64,000 nucleotides of DNA from an archaeon GW2011_AR15 (GCA_000830295.1 CP010425.1:224001-288000), one strand, 5' to 3'. Counted from the first letter of the stretch, positions 49,696 to 60,144 are shown. Notes: generated from the sequence alone by a model not told the origin. Numbers and translations: made by a program.

Positions 49696-49929
49696 ATGGC
49701 AGAAAAAGTTGCTAAAGCAGGAGTTAGGAAAGAGAAAGGATATCTGTATTTCGTAGATAAGCACGGAGATATCTCAAGAGCCAAAATGTCAAGAGGCGGA
49801 AGAAAAAAGGGCGGCTCAGGAACACAGAAAGTCGCTAAAGTAGGCGTCAAGAAAGCAAGTGGCTATCTATATTTTGTAGACAAGCACGGAGACGTTTCAA
49901 GAGCCAAGATGGCAAGGGGAAGGAGATAA
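49696..49929 (+). CDS. small basic tandem-repeat protein (probable nucleic-acid binding)
   Basis: Two 33-aa repeats KVAKxGVxKxxGYLYFVDKHGDxSRAKMxRGxR (26/33 identical); SD GGAGGT; T-tract downstream. Confidence 0.85.
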   Translation: MAEKVAKAGVRKEKGYLYFVDKHGDISRAKMSRGGRKKGGSGTQKVAKVGVKKASGYLYFVDKHGDVSRAKMARGRR

Positions 49930-49958
49930 ATTCTTTATTCTCTTTTTTTTCTTTTTTA
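49930..49958 (+). terminator. oligo-T terminator
   Basis: Long T tracts directly after the stop. Confidence 0.6.
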
Positions 49959-50018
49959 TATAATTACGGTGAAATTTTTTGGCATAATCTTAAATACAAC
50001 ATTTGATTTCAGGACTCC

Positions 50019-51539
50019 ATGAGCAGGGGGATAGTTATCTCCGGGAAATTCGGGGAGATAGTCGTAAGGCAGAAGCACGGCGAGGAGATTGAACTCGGGG
50101 AGCTTCTTATAGCGGAAAACAAAAGCGCAAAGATTCTTTTGCAGGCATATGATCTCGTATACGGCTCGCAGCTGTCTGCCTCCAATCTTGAGCTTGTCTC
50201 GGGAATGAAGCTTGAAGAGGATTCTGACCTGATGCTTATGGACGAGAAGCTGAGGAATTACACTCTTGCCCTGCTGAAAAACCTAATAACAATAACTCCA
50301 AAAAATGCAAGATCCTCAAAATCCCTGCCTGAGTTCTTTTCATCTGTAAGGGAAGTGAAAAAAGAAGACCTTGGTTTCATAACAAAGCCTGATGCCCCTT
50401 TGTTTGTCGGCAGGCTGAGGTCCGGCAGCAAGATTCTTGATTTTGACATTTTCCTTCCGGGCAAAGATGTATTCAGCCACCACATACTCATCCCTGCAAC
50501 AACAGGAAGAGGAAAAAGCAACCTTACCAGTTTAATGCTCTGGGACTGCCTTGACAAGAATTATGCAGGCGTGCTTGTCCTTGATCCTCATGATGAATAT
50601 TACGGCAGGAATAAATTGGGGCTGAAAGACCACCCCAAAAAAGAAAACCTTGCGTATTATTCTTCTGAGCCTCCTGCAGGAGGAAGAAGCCTGAGAATAA
50701 ATCTCAGCCATGTGAAGCCGTGGCATTTCAACGGCGCTGCTGACTGGTCCCCTGCGCAGAAAGAGGCGCTCTCTGCACTCTACAAAAGATACAACAAAGA
50801 CTGGATAAAGTTTGCGCTCACAATCCCTGACCATGAGGGATTCCAAGAAGGGACTCTGGCTGTAATAAGAAGGAGGCTCTCCTCCCTGCTTGATCTGGAT
50901 TCTGACGGAAGCAGTGTATTCTGCAACGGCATATTTGACATGCAGGCAGGCCAGACAACCATCTCAGACATCTGCAGTGACCTTGAGAAAGGGAAAGTTG
51001 TTGTCGTGGATACTTCTGATTTTTCAGGGAGTGTGGAAATACTTATAGGAAGCCTGATAGCGACAGAAATACTGAACAAGTACAAGAGCCACAAGAACAA
51101 GGGAATTCTGAAGGACAAGCCTGTGATATCAATAGTGCTGGAGGAAGCTCCGAGAGTTTTGGGGAAGCAAGTTCTTGAAAGCGGGCCCAATATATTTTCT
51201 ACAATTGCAAGGGAAGGAAGGAAGTTCAAGGTCGGGCTGACAGCAATAACGCAGCTGCCTTCCCTGATTCCAAGAGAGATACTTGCAAATATGAACACAA
51301 AAATAATCCTGGGAATAGAAATGGCTCCTGAACGCCAGGCAATAATAGATTCCGCATCCCAGGACCTGAGCTCTGACAGCAGGGCAATTGCATCGCTTGA
51401 CAAGGGGGAGGCGATAATAAGCAGCAACTTCACAAAGTTTGCAATACCTGTAAAAATTCCCTTATTTGAGGATTATGTCAGGTCAAGGCCAAAGGAAAAG
51501 AAAGATGCCATTGATTTTGAAGGGGTAAATTTAAGCTAG
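50019..51539 (+). CDS. herA: HerA-family helicase/ATPase
   Basis: [35 protein letters not shown]. Confidence 0.88.
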   Translation: MSRGIVISGKFGEIVVRQKHGEEIELGELLIAENKSAKILLQAYDLVYGSQLSASNLELVSGMKLEEDSDLMLMDEKLRNYTLALLKNLITITPKNARSSKSLPEFFSSVREVKKEDLGFITKPDAPLFVGRLRSGSKILDFDIFLPGKDVFSHHILIPATTGRGKSNLTSLMLWDCLDKNYAGVLVLDPHDEYYGRNKLGLKDHPKKENLAYYSSEPPAGGRSLRINLSHVKPWHFNGAADWSPAQKEALSALYKRYNKDWIKFALTIPDHEGFQEGTLAVIRRRLSSLLDLDSDGSSVFCNGIFDMQAGQTTISDICSDLEKGKVVVVDTSDFSGSVEILIGSLIATEILNKYKSHKNKGILKDKPVISIVLEEAPRVLGKQVLESGPNIFSTIAREGRKFKVGLTAITQLPSLIPREILANMNTKIILGIEMAPERQAIIDSASQDLSSDSRAIASLDKGEAIISSNFTKFAIPVKIPLFEDYVRSRPKEKKDAIDFEGVNLS

Positions 51540-51922
51540 TTCTGTTTCTCCAAGTTTCTGTTTAAGGCATAAAAGTCCTGATGGACAAATGCAGAAACAA
51601 AATACGGGCCGTCTATTTTTGCTCCTCTAAACAATAGCCTGTAAGGGTCTTCGGATACTGTTCTGTCGCTTTCTTCTGTAAGTGGGACAAGAACTGTTTT
51701 TTCATTATCCAGCTGCCCGAGGAGTGCTGTTAATCCTCCTTCAGGATATCCCTCTTTTTTTCCTACGCATATCATTCTCATGCCGGACCAGAATTCTGAA
51801 TAGGCATACTCCCTCTCCCCAAGCAGATAAATGCCTAAAACCTCATCATACCCATTTTCTGACAGCTTTGGCAGCAAAGATGCATTTGCAATTTCAGCAG
51901 CCTGCAATGATATGTCTGGCAT
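51536..51922 (-). CDS. hypothetical protein
   Basis: 128-aa ORF. Confidence 0.55.
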   Translation of the reverse strand: MPDISLQAAEIANASLLPKLSENGYDEVLGIYLLGEREYAYSEFWSGMRMICVGKKEGYPEGGLTALLGQLDNEKTVLVPLTEESDRTVSEDPYRLLFRGAKIDGPYFVSAFVHQDFYALNRNLEKQN

Positions 51923-51943
51923 TTTAGCATGGCGTAACTACAA

Positions 51944-52738
51944 TTAATTTAAAAAGATATCCCAGAAGCGGGCTGTTTTCTCTCTCCGGTATTTTGCATA
52001 TTTAACGCCGAGATATGCCAGCCCGAGTGCTGCAGGAATTCCAAGTTCAAGCAGGCTGAAGTTATTTACACCATTTGTGATGCTGTTCATGAACTCCGAA
52101 AACTGCTCTGCCAGCGGCCCTCTCAGAGAGCCGTGCCGGAACGTGTCAATAAGCAGATGAGAGACCGCAACCTGCGCTCCGTAATAGAATGCACCATACG
52201 CCACATATCTTAACTTGTCTGATATTGGCGTCTCTTTTGGAATCGACTTATAATATAATATCCCACCTATAATCCCAGCTATAACCACTCCATAAATGCT
52301 GTGCAGGGCAGGCGTCCTGTGGCATGCCCACTCGTCACAGGCTGCTGCATAATTTTCCGGAACTCCTCCTCCGGCGCTTAGGCTCTGTGATGTGGCTGTA
52401 AGGGAGTCCGGAAGCCCAGGTATAGATGCCCCAGGAAATTTAATCCTGAGAAAGCTAACGTATGCTTCCTGGATTATAACATCAAGGTCAGGGAAATTCG
52501 ACATAAAATAGCCTAAAATTCCGGGGTTTTTGATATTTTCAAGCATCCATTTCGGACTTGCCTTTATCTTGTCTAATGCAGTTATTCCATCAGTATGCTC
52601 CCCTGCTATATCCTCTAGGCTCATGTATCTTTTTTTTCCTTTTACATCAGGCTCAAGAAGCTCGTTGGACAATTTGCCGAAAGAAATGCCTGAAGCCATG
52701 TGGACAAGAAAATTTGTGACATATGCAAGGTATGGCAT
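51944..52738 (-). CDS. YdjM-like membrane metal-dependent hydrolase
   Basis: HMASG, SNFPDLD, HRTPALHS, SHLLID pattern with TMs. Confidence 0.65.
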   Translation of the reverse strand: MPYLAYVTNFLVHMASGISFGKLSNELLEPDVKGKKRYMSLEDIAGEHTDGITALDKIKASPKWMLENIKNPGILGYFMSNFPDLDVIIQEAYVSFLRIKFPGASIPGLPDSLTATSQSLSAGGGVPENYAAACDEWACHRTPALHSIYGVVIAGIIGGILYYKSIPKETPISDKLRYVAYGAFYYGAQVAVSHLLIDTFRHGSLRGPLAEQFSEFMNSITNGVNNFSLLELGIPAALGLAYLGVKYAKYRREKTARFWDIFLN

Positions 52739-52814
52739 TCTTTCCTGTGGGATTTATGACTATATTAAAAACTATCTAAATAATTTTAAATATACACAAG
52801 ATTACCTTATCTTC

Positions 52815-54029
52815 ATGAAATTCTCGCACATAGCAGACTGCCATATAGGCGGGTGGAGGGATCCGAAGCTGAAAGACCTCAATACGCAGGCTTTTTTCAG
52901 GGCACTCGATATCTCCCTGAAAGAAAAAGTTGATTTCATCGTGATTGGAGGAGACCTTTTCAATACCGCCCTTCCCGGCATAGACCGGCTTAAGGATGTT
53001 GTAAGGAAATTCAGGGAGCTGAAAGAAAAAAACGTGCCGGTATACCTTATTCCGGGAAGCCATGATTTTTCTCCTTCAGGAAAAACAATGCTGGATGTCC
53101 TTGAGGAGGCTGGGCTCTGCACCAATGTCGTCAAAGGGAGCGTCGAGAACAACAAGCTGAAGCTGAAATTCACAATAGACGAAAAAACAGGAGCAAAGAT
53201 AACAGGAATGCTCGGCAGGAGGGGAATGCTGGAAAGGACATACTATGAGGAGCTTGACAGGGCTTCGCTTGAAAAAGAGCCAGGATTCAAGATATTCCTT
53301 TTCCACACTGCAATAACCGAGCTGAAGCCGAAAGACATGGACCGGATGGATTCAGCACCAATCTCCCTGCTGCCGAAAGGGTTTGACTATTATGCAGGCG
53401 GGCACGTTCATATAGTGGAGAAGCTTGATATGCCTGGCTACAGGAATGTCGTCTATCCCGGGCCTTTATTCCCAAACAATTTCCATGAGCTTGAGGAATT
53501 AAAAGGCGGAGGGTTTTACATATATGACAACGGGGAAGTAAAGAGGCACGAGATTGCCATAAAAAAAGTTGTGAGCATAAGAGTTGATGCTCTGCATAAA
53601 AACTCTGAAAAAGTAACAGAAGAACTTCTTGACAAAGTGAAGAGGGATGCTGAAGAAGACTGCATTATACTTATACGCATATCAGGGGTTCTGCAAAGCG
53701 GCAGGGTCTCGGATATTGATTTCAAAAAAGTATACGATATTCTTGCTAAAAAAGATGTTTATTTTGTCATGAGAAACACTTCCGGGCTGGCAACAAAGGA
53801 ATTTGAAGAGGTAAAGATAGAAACAAGATCTGCTGAAGAGATTGAAGACCGGCTTATAGAAGAGCACCTTGGCCAGAGGGACGCTGCAGGCTGGGGAAAG
53901 GAAAAAGAAAGGAAGATGATAAAGGACCTGATGGTTGTGCTCAGCTCTGACAAAAAAGAGGGAGAAAAAGTCTATGAGTTTGAGGCAAGGATCAAGGACG
54001 AGTTAAACAAGTTGCTTGAGATTGATTAG
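52815..54029 (+). CDS. mre11: Mre11/SbcD DNA repair nuclease
   Basis: HIADCHIG, GGDLF, PGSHD, GGHVH, YPG; start reassigned to ATG 52815. Confidence 0.92.
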   Translation: MKFSHIADCHIGGWRDPKLKDLNTQAFFRALDISLKEKVDFIVIGGDLFNTALPGIDRLKDVVRKFRELKEKNVPVYLIPGSHDFSPSGKTMLDVLEEAGLCTNVVKGSVENNKLKLKFTIDEKTGAKITGMLGRRGMLERTYYEELDRASLEKEPGFKIFLFHTAITELKPKDMDRMDSAPISLLPKGFDYYAGGHVHIVEKLDMPGYRNVVYPGPLFPNNFHELEELKGGGFYIYDNGEVKRHEIAIKKVVSIRVDALHKNSEKVTEELLDKVKRDAEEDCIILIRISGVLQSGRVSDIDFKKVYDILAKKDVYFVMRNTSGLATKEFEEVKIETRSAEEIEDRLIEEHLGQRDAAGWGKEKERKMIKDLMVVLSSDKKEGEKVYEFEARIKDELNKLLEID

Positions 54030-54925
54030 TGGCTGTTTCTTTGCCCGAAAATATTTCTCAGCCACTGCGCCTCTTCGATTGTTCCGTGCCTGTATCTTTC
54101 TTCAATCCATTCATGTCTTGCTGCCGGACTGGCATACTCAGGCTTAAGCTGCTGGGCTGAGAGGTTAACAATATCCATAAAGGTGTGATCAATATCAGCA
54201 ACGCTCAATACACTATTATCAATATACCTGTCAAAAATCCCTTTTTCTTTCTTTAATTTTTTTAGCGGATAGATATATTGCTGCGCCATAGGGAAAGCGT
54301 CCCTTGTCCACAGCTCATGGGTTTCTTCATATGTCCTGGGGACTTTATGTGCATCCCTTGCGAGCCTTCTCAGCCATCCGACATTTTCATTGCAGTCTAC
54401 AAACACCCTGTAAGGTATTAATTCCAGTATCCTCTCGCTTACTGCTGCAGGGTTTTCCAGGACAGGGATCTTTTTCTTGCCGCTTGCATAATCTCCCTTC
54501 ATTGGAACACCTGCAGAAAAGAGAAGGAAGCTTTCAACAAGAAGGACTTTATTTGCTCTTACTGTTATTTTTTCCCCTTTATATGTCCCTGTTAATTTAT
54601 CATATACATCTACTTCTGTTTCGCCTTTTGTCTTCAGCTCTTCAATGGCCGAGATAACCCTGCCATAGTCAATAAGATTAGGGTCGTCCCAGTTTACCTT
54701 AGATATTCTCTCGGGGTCGCTTGGGCTTCCCTCAATCCCCTGTATCTCAAAAACAACGTCAATCGGCCTGTAGAAATTATCAAGGTCTATAGCTGTTACA
54801 TCCTGGCCGTTCTGGTAAGTGAACTCAACAAGTGCGTCTCTTATTATCTGTGTAAGGGTGGATTTCCCGCTTGCACTCATACCAGTAAGTCCGCCTGTAA
54901 AAATATTGTCTATGGTTACCCCCAA
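54026..54925 (-). CDS. uridine kinase family P-loop kinase
   Basis: TGMSASGKST, DLDNFYR, NWDDP, LLVES, RRLARD. Confidence 0.8.
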   Translation of the reverse strand: MGVTIDNIFTGGLTGMSASGKSTLTQIIRDALVEFTYQNGQDVTAIDLDNFYRPIDVVFEIQGIEGSPSDPERISKVNWDDPNLIDYGRVISAIEELKTKGETEVDVYDKLTGTYKGEKITVRANKVLLVESFLLFSAGVPMKGDYASGKKKIPVLENPAAVSERILELIPYRVFVDCNENVGWLRRLARDAHKVPRTYEETHELWTRDAFPMAQQYIYPLKKLKKEKGIFDRYIDNSVLSVADIDHTFMDIVNLSAQQLKPEYASPAARHEWIEERYRHGTIEEAQWLRNIFGQRNSH

Positions 54926-54948
54926 TCAGACCCATTTTTTTACTATAT

Positions 54949-55044
54949 TTAAAGCTTTTTACTATCAGCCTTCTTTGCATCAGAAACAACTTCCCTGTCC
55001 AGCTGAGACTCAATCTCATTTATCAGGTCGAGGGTTTTTTTCAT
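54949..55044 (-). CDS. putative 31-aa leaderless small protein
   Basis: MKKTLDLINEIESQLDREVVSDAKKADSKKL*; own TTTAAA box upstream; fills the intergenic gap. Confidence 0.55.
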   Translation of the reverse strand: MKKTLDLINEIESQLDREVVSDAKKADSKKL

Positions 55045-55099
55045 AACTAATCCAATGTATTTGGAGTTTAAATATTTTTCAGTAGGATGTCCAGTGCCT

Positions 55100-56287
55100 T
55101 TAGATATGTTTTTTCAGCTCATCAATTATTTTTTCTGAATCTTTCATATCAACAGCCCCCATTGCAAAATTATCCCTGCCTCCTCCCCTGCCGCCGAATT
55201 TAGAAAGGACTTTATTGAGGAGATCCGGGGTATTCAGCTTAAGGTCTTCTGATGCAGCCAGCAGTATTGCTGCCTTGTCACCTGTCCTGTTAACAAAGCA
55301 TACAATCGTCTTTTCTTTCAGGAGGGAGATGGCCTTGTCTGTCAGCTGCTTCTTCTCCACATCATCAACTGTGTTGTGTACTAATGTTATACCCTTTACT
55401 TTCTCCTCGCTGCTGAACTCCAGCAGCTTTGAGGACATCTCCCTGAATTTTTCCTTATAGCTTTCTGCTTCATCCTGCAGGCGCCTTACCAGATCAGGGA
55501 CTTCTGATGCATCTGATTTAAGCAGCGATGCTGATTTCCTGGCAACTGCCGCCATTGAAAACAGGCTTTCTAAGTTTCCTGTCCTGAACCTTATCTCCCA
55601 GCTTCCCTTGACAAAATTGAATCCTGTTATAACAAGGGAGCCGATATATCCTGTTGATCCGGCGTGTGTGCCTGCACATGCAGACCAGTCAAAATCCTTA
55701 ATCTCGACAACCCTGACAGTATCTGATTTTATCCTGTCTGCCTTTATCCTCAGTTTGCCGAGCCTGACAGCATCCTCTTTTTTGTATTCCTTCTCTATTA
55801 TCTCCCTGTCTTCACTTATTATTTTATTTACAAGTTCCTCTGCTTTGAAAAGCTTGTCCCATGTGGCTTCTTTTGTTTTGATAAAAAGAGAACTCTCATC
55901 TTCTGAAAGGTTTATTTTGTCCAGCTCAACATCTCCCAGGTTGATCTCAAGGCTTTTGAAAAGCACGTGCTCTCCTGTGTGCATTCTCACAAGTTTTTCC
56001 CTTCTTTCCCTGTTAAGCTTAAGAGTTGCTTTATCTCCTTTTTTCAGGCTGCCTTTTTTTGCTTTTATTTTGTGGATGACTTTATCATTTTCCTTCCATG
56101 CCTCGACAACCTCCCCTGAGAAAGATGCTGTTTCTATAGTCCCTGTATCGCACGGCTGCCCGCCGCCTCCGGGGTAAAAAATAGTGTCTTTTAGCTCCGT
56201 AAAAATGAATCCCTCTTTAGCCTCCGCACTAACAACTTCATCCTCTGCTTCAAACAAGAACGCGTTCTGGTAGCGGTGCATCTGCAT
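55100..56287 (-). CDS. AlaX-type alanyl-tRNA editing protein with C-terminal DHHA1 domain
   Basis: TIFYPGGGGQPCDTG, HTGEH, CAGTH, GGRGGG. Confidence 0.88.
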   Translation of the reverse strand: MQMHRYQNAFLFEAEDEVVSAEAKEGFIFTELKDTIFYPGGGGQPCDTGTIETASFSGEVVEAWKENDKVIHKIKAKKGSLKKGDKATLKLNRERREKLVRMHTGEHVLFKSLEINLGDVELDKINLSEDESSLFIKTKEATWDKLFKAEELVNKIISEDREIIEKEYKKEDAVRLGKLRIKADRIKSDTVRVVEIKDFDWSACAGTHAGSTGYIGSLVITGFNFVKGSWEIRFRTGNLESLFSMAAVARKSASLLKSDASEVPDLVRRLQDEAESYKEKFREMSSKLLEFSSEEKVKGITLVHNTVDDVEKKQLTDKAISLLKEKTIVCFVNRTGDKAAILLAASEDLKLNTPDLLNKVLSKFGGRGGGRDNFAMGAVDMKDSEKIIDELKKHI

Positions 56288-56313
56288 TGGAAAGCTGCAT
56301 TAGTTTATAAAAA

Positions 56314-57699
56314 TTATAGATTGATAAGCTTCTTCAGGGTTTCTTTTACCTCTTTAGGGTCTGCCTTTCCGCCTGATTTCCTCATCACACTGCCGAGTAT
56401 GAAGTTAAGCGCTATATCCTTTCCTGATTTGTAGTCTGAGACTGCCTGAAGGTTCTCGGCTATTGCCTCCCTGCAGTATTTTTCAATCATCCTTAAATCT
56501 GAGACTGCCCCGAGCTTTTCTTTCTTCACATACGATTCAACATCAATATCGTCGACTGCCAGCTTCTCGAGTATTTTCTGGGCTGTTGCGTCTGTTATCT
56601 TTTTCTTTTCCAGCAGCTGCAGGAGGGATATAAACTGGGCCTGGTTTATTTTCATTTCCGATGTGTCTATTTTATTGTAGTTTAAGACGCGCATAAGTTC
56701 TCCCCTTATCCATCTGGCTGCCAGCACAGGCCTGGTTTTTTCCACTGCTTTCTCAAATATCTGGGCCAGGGAAAATTCTCCTGCCAGGATTCGCGCATCA
56801 TCCTCGGATAATCTGTATTCTTTGGTATACCTCCTGCGTTTCTTATCAGGAAGTTCAGGCAGCTTTTTTTCCAGCTCTTCTCTTTCTATATCTATGGGCA
56901 CGAGATCAGGGTCAAAGATATATCCATAGTCTTCTTCTGTTTCTTTTTTTCTCAGCAGCTGCGTCATCCCTTTCTCTGCGTCCCATGACCTTGTCTCCTG
57001 GGAGCTTATCCCTTCATGCTTCTGCCTTGCTATCTCATACTCAAGCGCCTTCTCTATCTCCCTGAACCCTGTGATGTTCTTTATCTCCGCCCTTTTGTAC
57101 CCTGTTTCCTTTATCGAGATATTTGCGTCCGCCTTGATTATGTTTTTTGAAGGGTCAAATGCCCCAAGGTATCTCAAAAGAGTTATCAGGGCTTTCAGGA
57201 ATTCTCTTGCCTCTTCAGGGCTGGCGATGTCCGGCTCTGTGACTATCTCAGCCAATGGGTTCCCTGACCTGTTGTAATCAACAAGGACATAGCCTGCTTT
57301 TCCTATGCCTCCGGGATGTATCATTGAGGCGGGGTCTTCCTCTATGTGCAGCCTCTTTATCCTTATTCTCTTCCCGCTGATATCAATACTGCCGTTTTCT
57401 CCGATGGGGACTTCATACTGTGTTATCTGGTAGTTTTTGGCTAAGTCAGGGTAGAAATAGCTTTTCCTCGAGAAAATCACCTGCTTTGCCAGCCTGCAGT
57501 TCAGCGCCATTGCAAGCTTTGCTGCATGCTCAACTGCTTTTTTATTTGCAACCGGCTTGCTTCCCGGGTGACCGAGGCATACTGGGCATGTTCTTGTGTT
57601 CGGCTCCTCTTCTCCCTGCGTTGGGCATGCGCAGAAAAGCTTGGATTCTGTGTTCAGCTCTGCATGCACTTCCAGCCCTATGACAACTTCCCCTTTCAC
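56314..57699 (-). CDS. gatB: Asp-tRNA(Asn)/Glu-tRNA(Gln) amidotransferase subunit B
   Basis: IGLEVH, CLGHPG, RKSYFYPD, DYNRSG, EIKN. Confidence 0.96.
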   Translation of the reverse strand: MKGEVVIGLEVHAELNTESKLFCACPTQGEEEPNTRTCPVCLGHPGSKPVANKKAVEHAAKLAMALNCRLAKQVIFSRKSYFYPDLAKNYQITQYEVPIGENGSIDISGKRIRIKRLHIEEDPASMIHPGGIGKAGYVLVDYNRSGNPLAEIVTEPDIASPEEAREFLKALITLLRYLGAFDPSKNIIKADANISIKETGYKRAEIKNITGFREIEKALEYEIARQKHEGISSQETRSWDAEKGMTQLLRKKETEEDYGYIFDPDLVPIDIEREELEKKLPELPDKKRRRYTKEYRLSEDDARILAGEFSLAQIFEKAVEKTRPVLAARWIRGELMRVLNYNKIDTSEMKINQAQFISLLQLLEKKKITDATAQKILEKLAVDDIDVESYVKKEKLGAVSDLRMIEKYCREAIAENLQAVSDYKSGKDIALNFILGSVMRKSGGKADPKEVKETLKKLINL

Positions 57700-58496
57700 T
57701 TCAGCATCCTCTTTATCTTTCTTATTTTTTTTCTTGCTTCCTCTTCTCCCAGCCGGATATATTTCTCTGCCTTATGGAATGCAAACGTGTCTGCTTTATT
57801 TCCCCCTATGCCTATGAGCACGACATTGCCGTTGTGCGTATATTCTTCGCCGTACTGGGACAGGTTGGAGAGGGCTATTTCATATGTCCTTTCAAGCACT
57901 TTCCAGATGCGGTTATACTTTGCCTTTCCTGTTTTCTGGACCTTGAAAAGGTCTACAGCAATTATGATCTCTGCGCCCATTTCCCTTACCAGGTCAATTG
58001 GTGTGGCATTTGTAAGCCCGCCGTCCACAAGTGTTTTCCCTTTGTATCTTACAGGCGGGAATACCCCGGGGAATGTTGAGGAGGCCATGGCTGCATCAAC
58101 AATCCTGCCTGAGTTTATTGTCATTTTTGAGCCGTCCTCAAGCACGCTCACACCTACTGACAGCGGTATTTTTGTGTGCCTGAATTTTTTGTTCCTGTAT
58201 AATTTCTTCAGGAAATGCCTTAGCCTGTCTCCCTTAAGCATTGATATCCCCGGCCTGTTGAGGTCCACCAGGTTCAGGAGCTCCCTCTTGGTGAATGAAA
58301 GAGATTCTTTTTCAATCCCAGCTATGTCAAGGTTGAGGGCATAATATGCTGCGATTATCGCTCCCATGCTTGTCCCTGCTATATAGTCTATAGGGATATT
58401 GTGCTCCTGTAAAGCTTTTATCACGCCGATGTGGGCAAATCCCCTTGCCCCTCCGCTGCCGAGCGCAAGCCCGACTTTCTTTCTTCTATGGTTCAT
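57696..58496 (-). CDS. patatin-like phospholipase (RssA type)
   Basis: LGSGGARGFAHIG, GTSMG, DGG. Confidence 0.93.
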   Translation of the reverse strand: MNHRRKKVGLALGSGGARGFAHIGVIKALQEHNIPIDYIAGTSMGAIIAAYYALNLDIAGIEKESLSFTKRELLNLVDLNRPGISMLKGDRLRHFLKKLYRNKKFRHTKIPLSVGVSVLEDGSKMTINSGRIVDAAMASSTFPGVFPPVRYKGKTLVDGGLTNATPIDLVREMGAEIIIAVDLFKVQKTGKAKYNRIWKVLERTYEIALSNLSQYGEEYTHNGNVVLIGIGGNKADTFAFHKAEKYIRLGEEEARKKIRKIKRMLK

Positions 58497-59863
58497 TTCA
58501 ATGACCTCGCAAAATCTATTATCTTTTTTTCCTGGAAATGGTCTGCTATTATCAGCATTCCTGTAGGCATGCCTTTGCTGAATCCTGATGGCATGCTTAA
58601 ATGGGGGAACCCTGCAAGATTCGGCCCCACAGTCATTATATCCATCATATAATTTTCAAGCGGGGTCATCTTATCTATTTCCGAGAATTTCGGGGCTATG
58701 TTCGGCATTGCGGGTGTTACAACAATGTCATATTTTCTGAAATGCTGCCTGTATTCCTCTATTATTTTCGTCCTTACCTGCAGAGCCTTCATGTAGAATG
58801 CGTCCCTGAATCCTGACATCCTCGCAAATGTTCCCAGTATAATGCGCCTTTTCTCTTCCTTTGAAAAGTTTTTGCTCCTCACTCCTGAAAAATATTCATT
58901 GAAGTTCCCCTCAAGCTTCTCATGCTTCCCATACCTCATGCCACAGTATTTTGCAAGGTTTGTTGATGCCTCTGACAGGGAGATAAGGTAATAGGCCTGT
59001 ATCCCGTATCTAAAAGTGAGCGGAAGGGAGACTTCTTCATATTTCAGCTTGCCGAGCTTTGCAATAAGGTTTTTTTTCACATCCTGCTCAACGCCTTTTC
59101 CAAGCGACTCCTTTACAACAGCAACCCTGAATCTTGAATCTGATTTTTCTGTATATTTTTCAGCTGGAAGGTCTTTTGAGGTTGAATCCCTCTCATCATA
59201 GCCTGAGATGATTTCCATAACCAGTGCAACATCTTCAATATCCTTTGCCATCACGCCTATCTTGTCCATGCTGTTGGCGTAGTCCATCAGCCCGTATCTT
59301 GAGACCCTTCCGTAAGTCGGCGTCATCCCATAGACTCCGCAGTAGCATGCAGGCGCTGCTATGCTTCCCCCTGTGCTTTCTGAGATTGCTATATGGGGCA
59401 GTTCTGATTTCTGCACCATGCCTGCCGCCCCTCCTGATGAGCCTCCTGTTGCCCTGGTTTTGTCAAAGGGGTTTTTGGGGACTTTATAGCCTATCCCGAC
59501 ATTGACGTTGAAAGAGCCGAAGCCAAAGACATCCTGAGCTGTTTTTCCGACAATTACGCCGCCTTCTGCCTTTATTTTTTCAATTGCTGCTGCATCAAAT
59601 ACCGGCTCATATCCCTCAAGTATTTTTGAGCCTGCTCTGCTCTCAAGGCCCTTGACGCAGATGCAGTCCTTGACAGAAACAGGCAGGCCATACAATCTGC
59701 CTTTCTTCAGTTCCTTTGCCTGCTTCGGGGCATCCTCATTGAATTTCAGAAAATAGTGGTAATCGCTGTCAATCTTCTTTGATTCTTCAAGGAATTTTTT
59801 CGTGTTTTTAACAGGGTCAATCTTTCCTGATTTTGCCTGCCTCACGAATTCTGCCGCATTCAT
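58493..59863 (-). CDS. gatA: amidotransferase subunit A
   Basis: SVKD, GGSSGG, STGGS, YGRVSRYG, RRIILG. Confidence 0.94.
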   Translation of the reverse strand: MNAAEFVRQAKSGKIDPVKNTKKFLEESKKIDSDYHYFLKFNEDAPKQAKELKKGRLYGLPVSVKDCICVKGLESRAGSKILEGYEPVFDAAAIEKIKAEGGVIVGKTAQDVFGFGSFNVNVGIGYKVPKNPFDKTRATGGSSGGAAGMVQKSELPHIAISESTGGSIAAPACYCGVYGMTPTYGRVSRYGLMDYANSMDKIGVMAKDIEDVALVMEIISGYDERDSTSKDLPAEKYTEKSDSRFRVAVVKESLGKGVEQDVKKNLIAKLGKLKYEEVSLPLTFRYGIQAYYLISLSEASTNLAKYCGMRYGKHEKLEGNFNEYFSGVRSKNFSKEEKRRIILGTFARMSGFRDAFYMKALQVRTKIIEEYRQHFRKYDIVVTPAMPNIAPKFSEIDKMTPLENYMMDIMTVGPNLAGFPHLSMPSGFSKGMPTGMLIIADHFQEKKIIDFARSLK

Positions 59864-60144
59864 AATATCCTCGGCCCCCTGAAATAGCCGTCTTTCCTGT
59901 GCTCAGTGTTTTTCAGCGCGTCCTCATTTGTCAGGCAGGATGCTGCCCTGTCTTCTCTCACATGGTTCTTAAGCTCAACAGGATGGTAGCTCGGTCTGGT
60001 GTTTTTTGTGTCAACCTTCTGTATCTCAGAAAACGCTTCAATTATCTCCTTCAGCTGCGGCAGGAATTCCCTTATCTCTTTTTCTGTAAGCTCAAGCCTT
60101 GCAACCTCAGCAACATGCTTAAGCAATTCCTTGTCTACTTCCAT
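59860..60144 (-). CDS. gatC: amidotransferase subunit C
   Basis: HVAEVARL, REDR, GYFRGPRI. Confidence 0.92.
   Translation of the reverse strand: MEVDKELLKHVAEVARLELTEKEIREFLPQLKEIIEAFSEIQKVDTKNTRPSYHPVELKNHVREDRAASCLTNEDALKNTEHRKDGYFRGPRIL

Noticed and set aside
52530-52814. 95-aa N-terminal extension of Mre11 in the ORF track
   Set aside because: It is the antisense of the 51944-52738 gene; the Mre11 motif starts at ATG 52815 after a TATA box.
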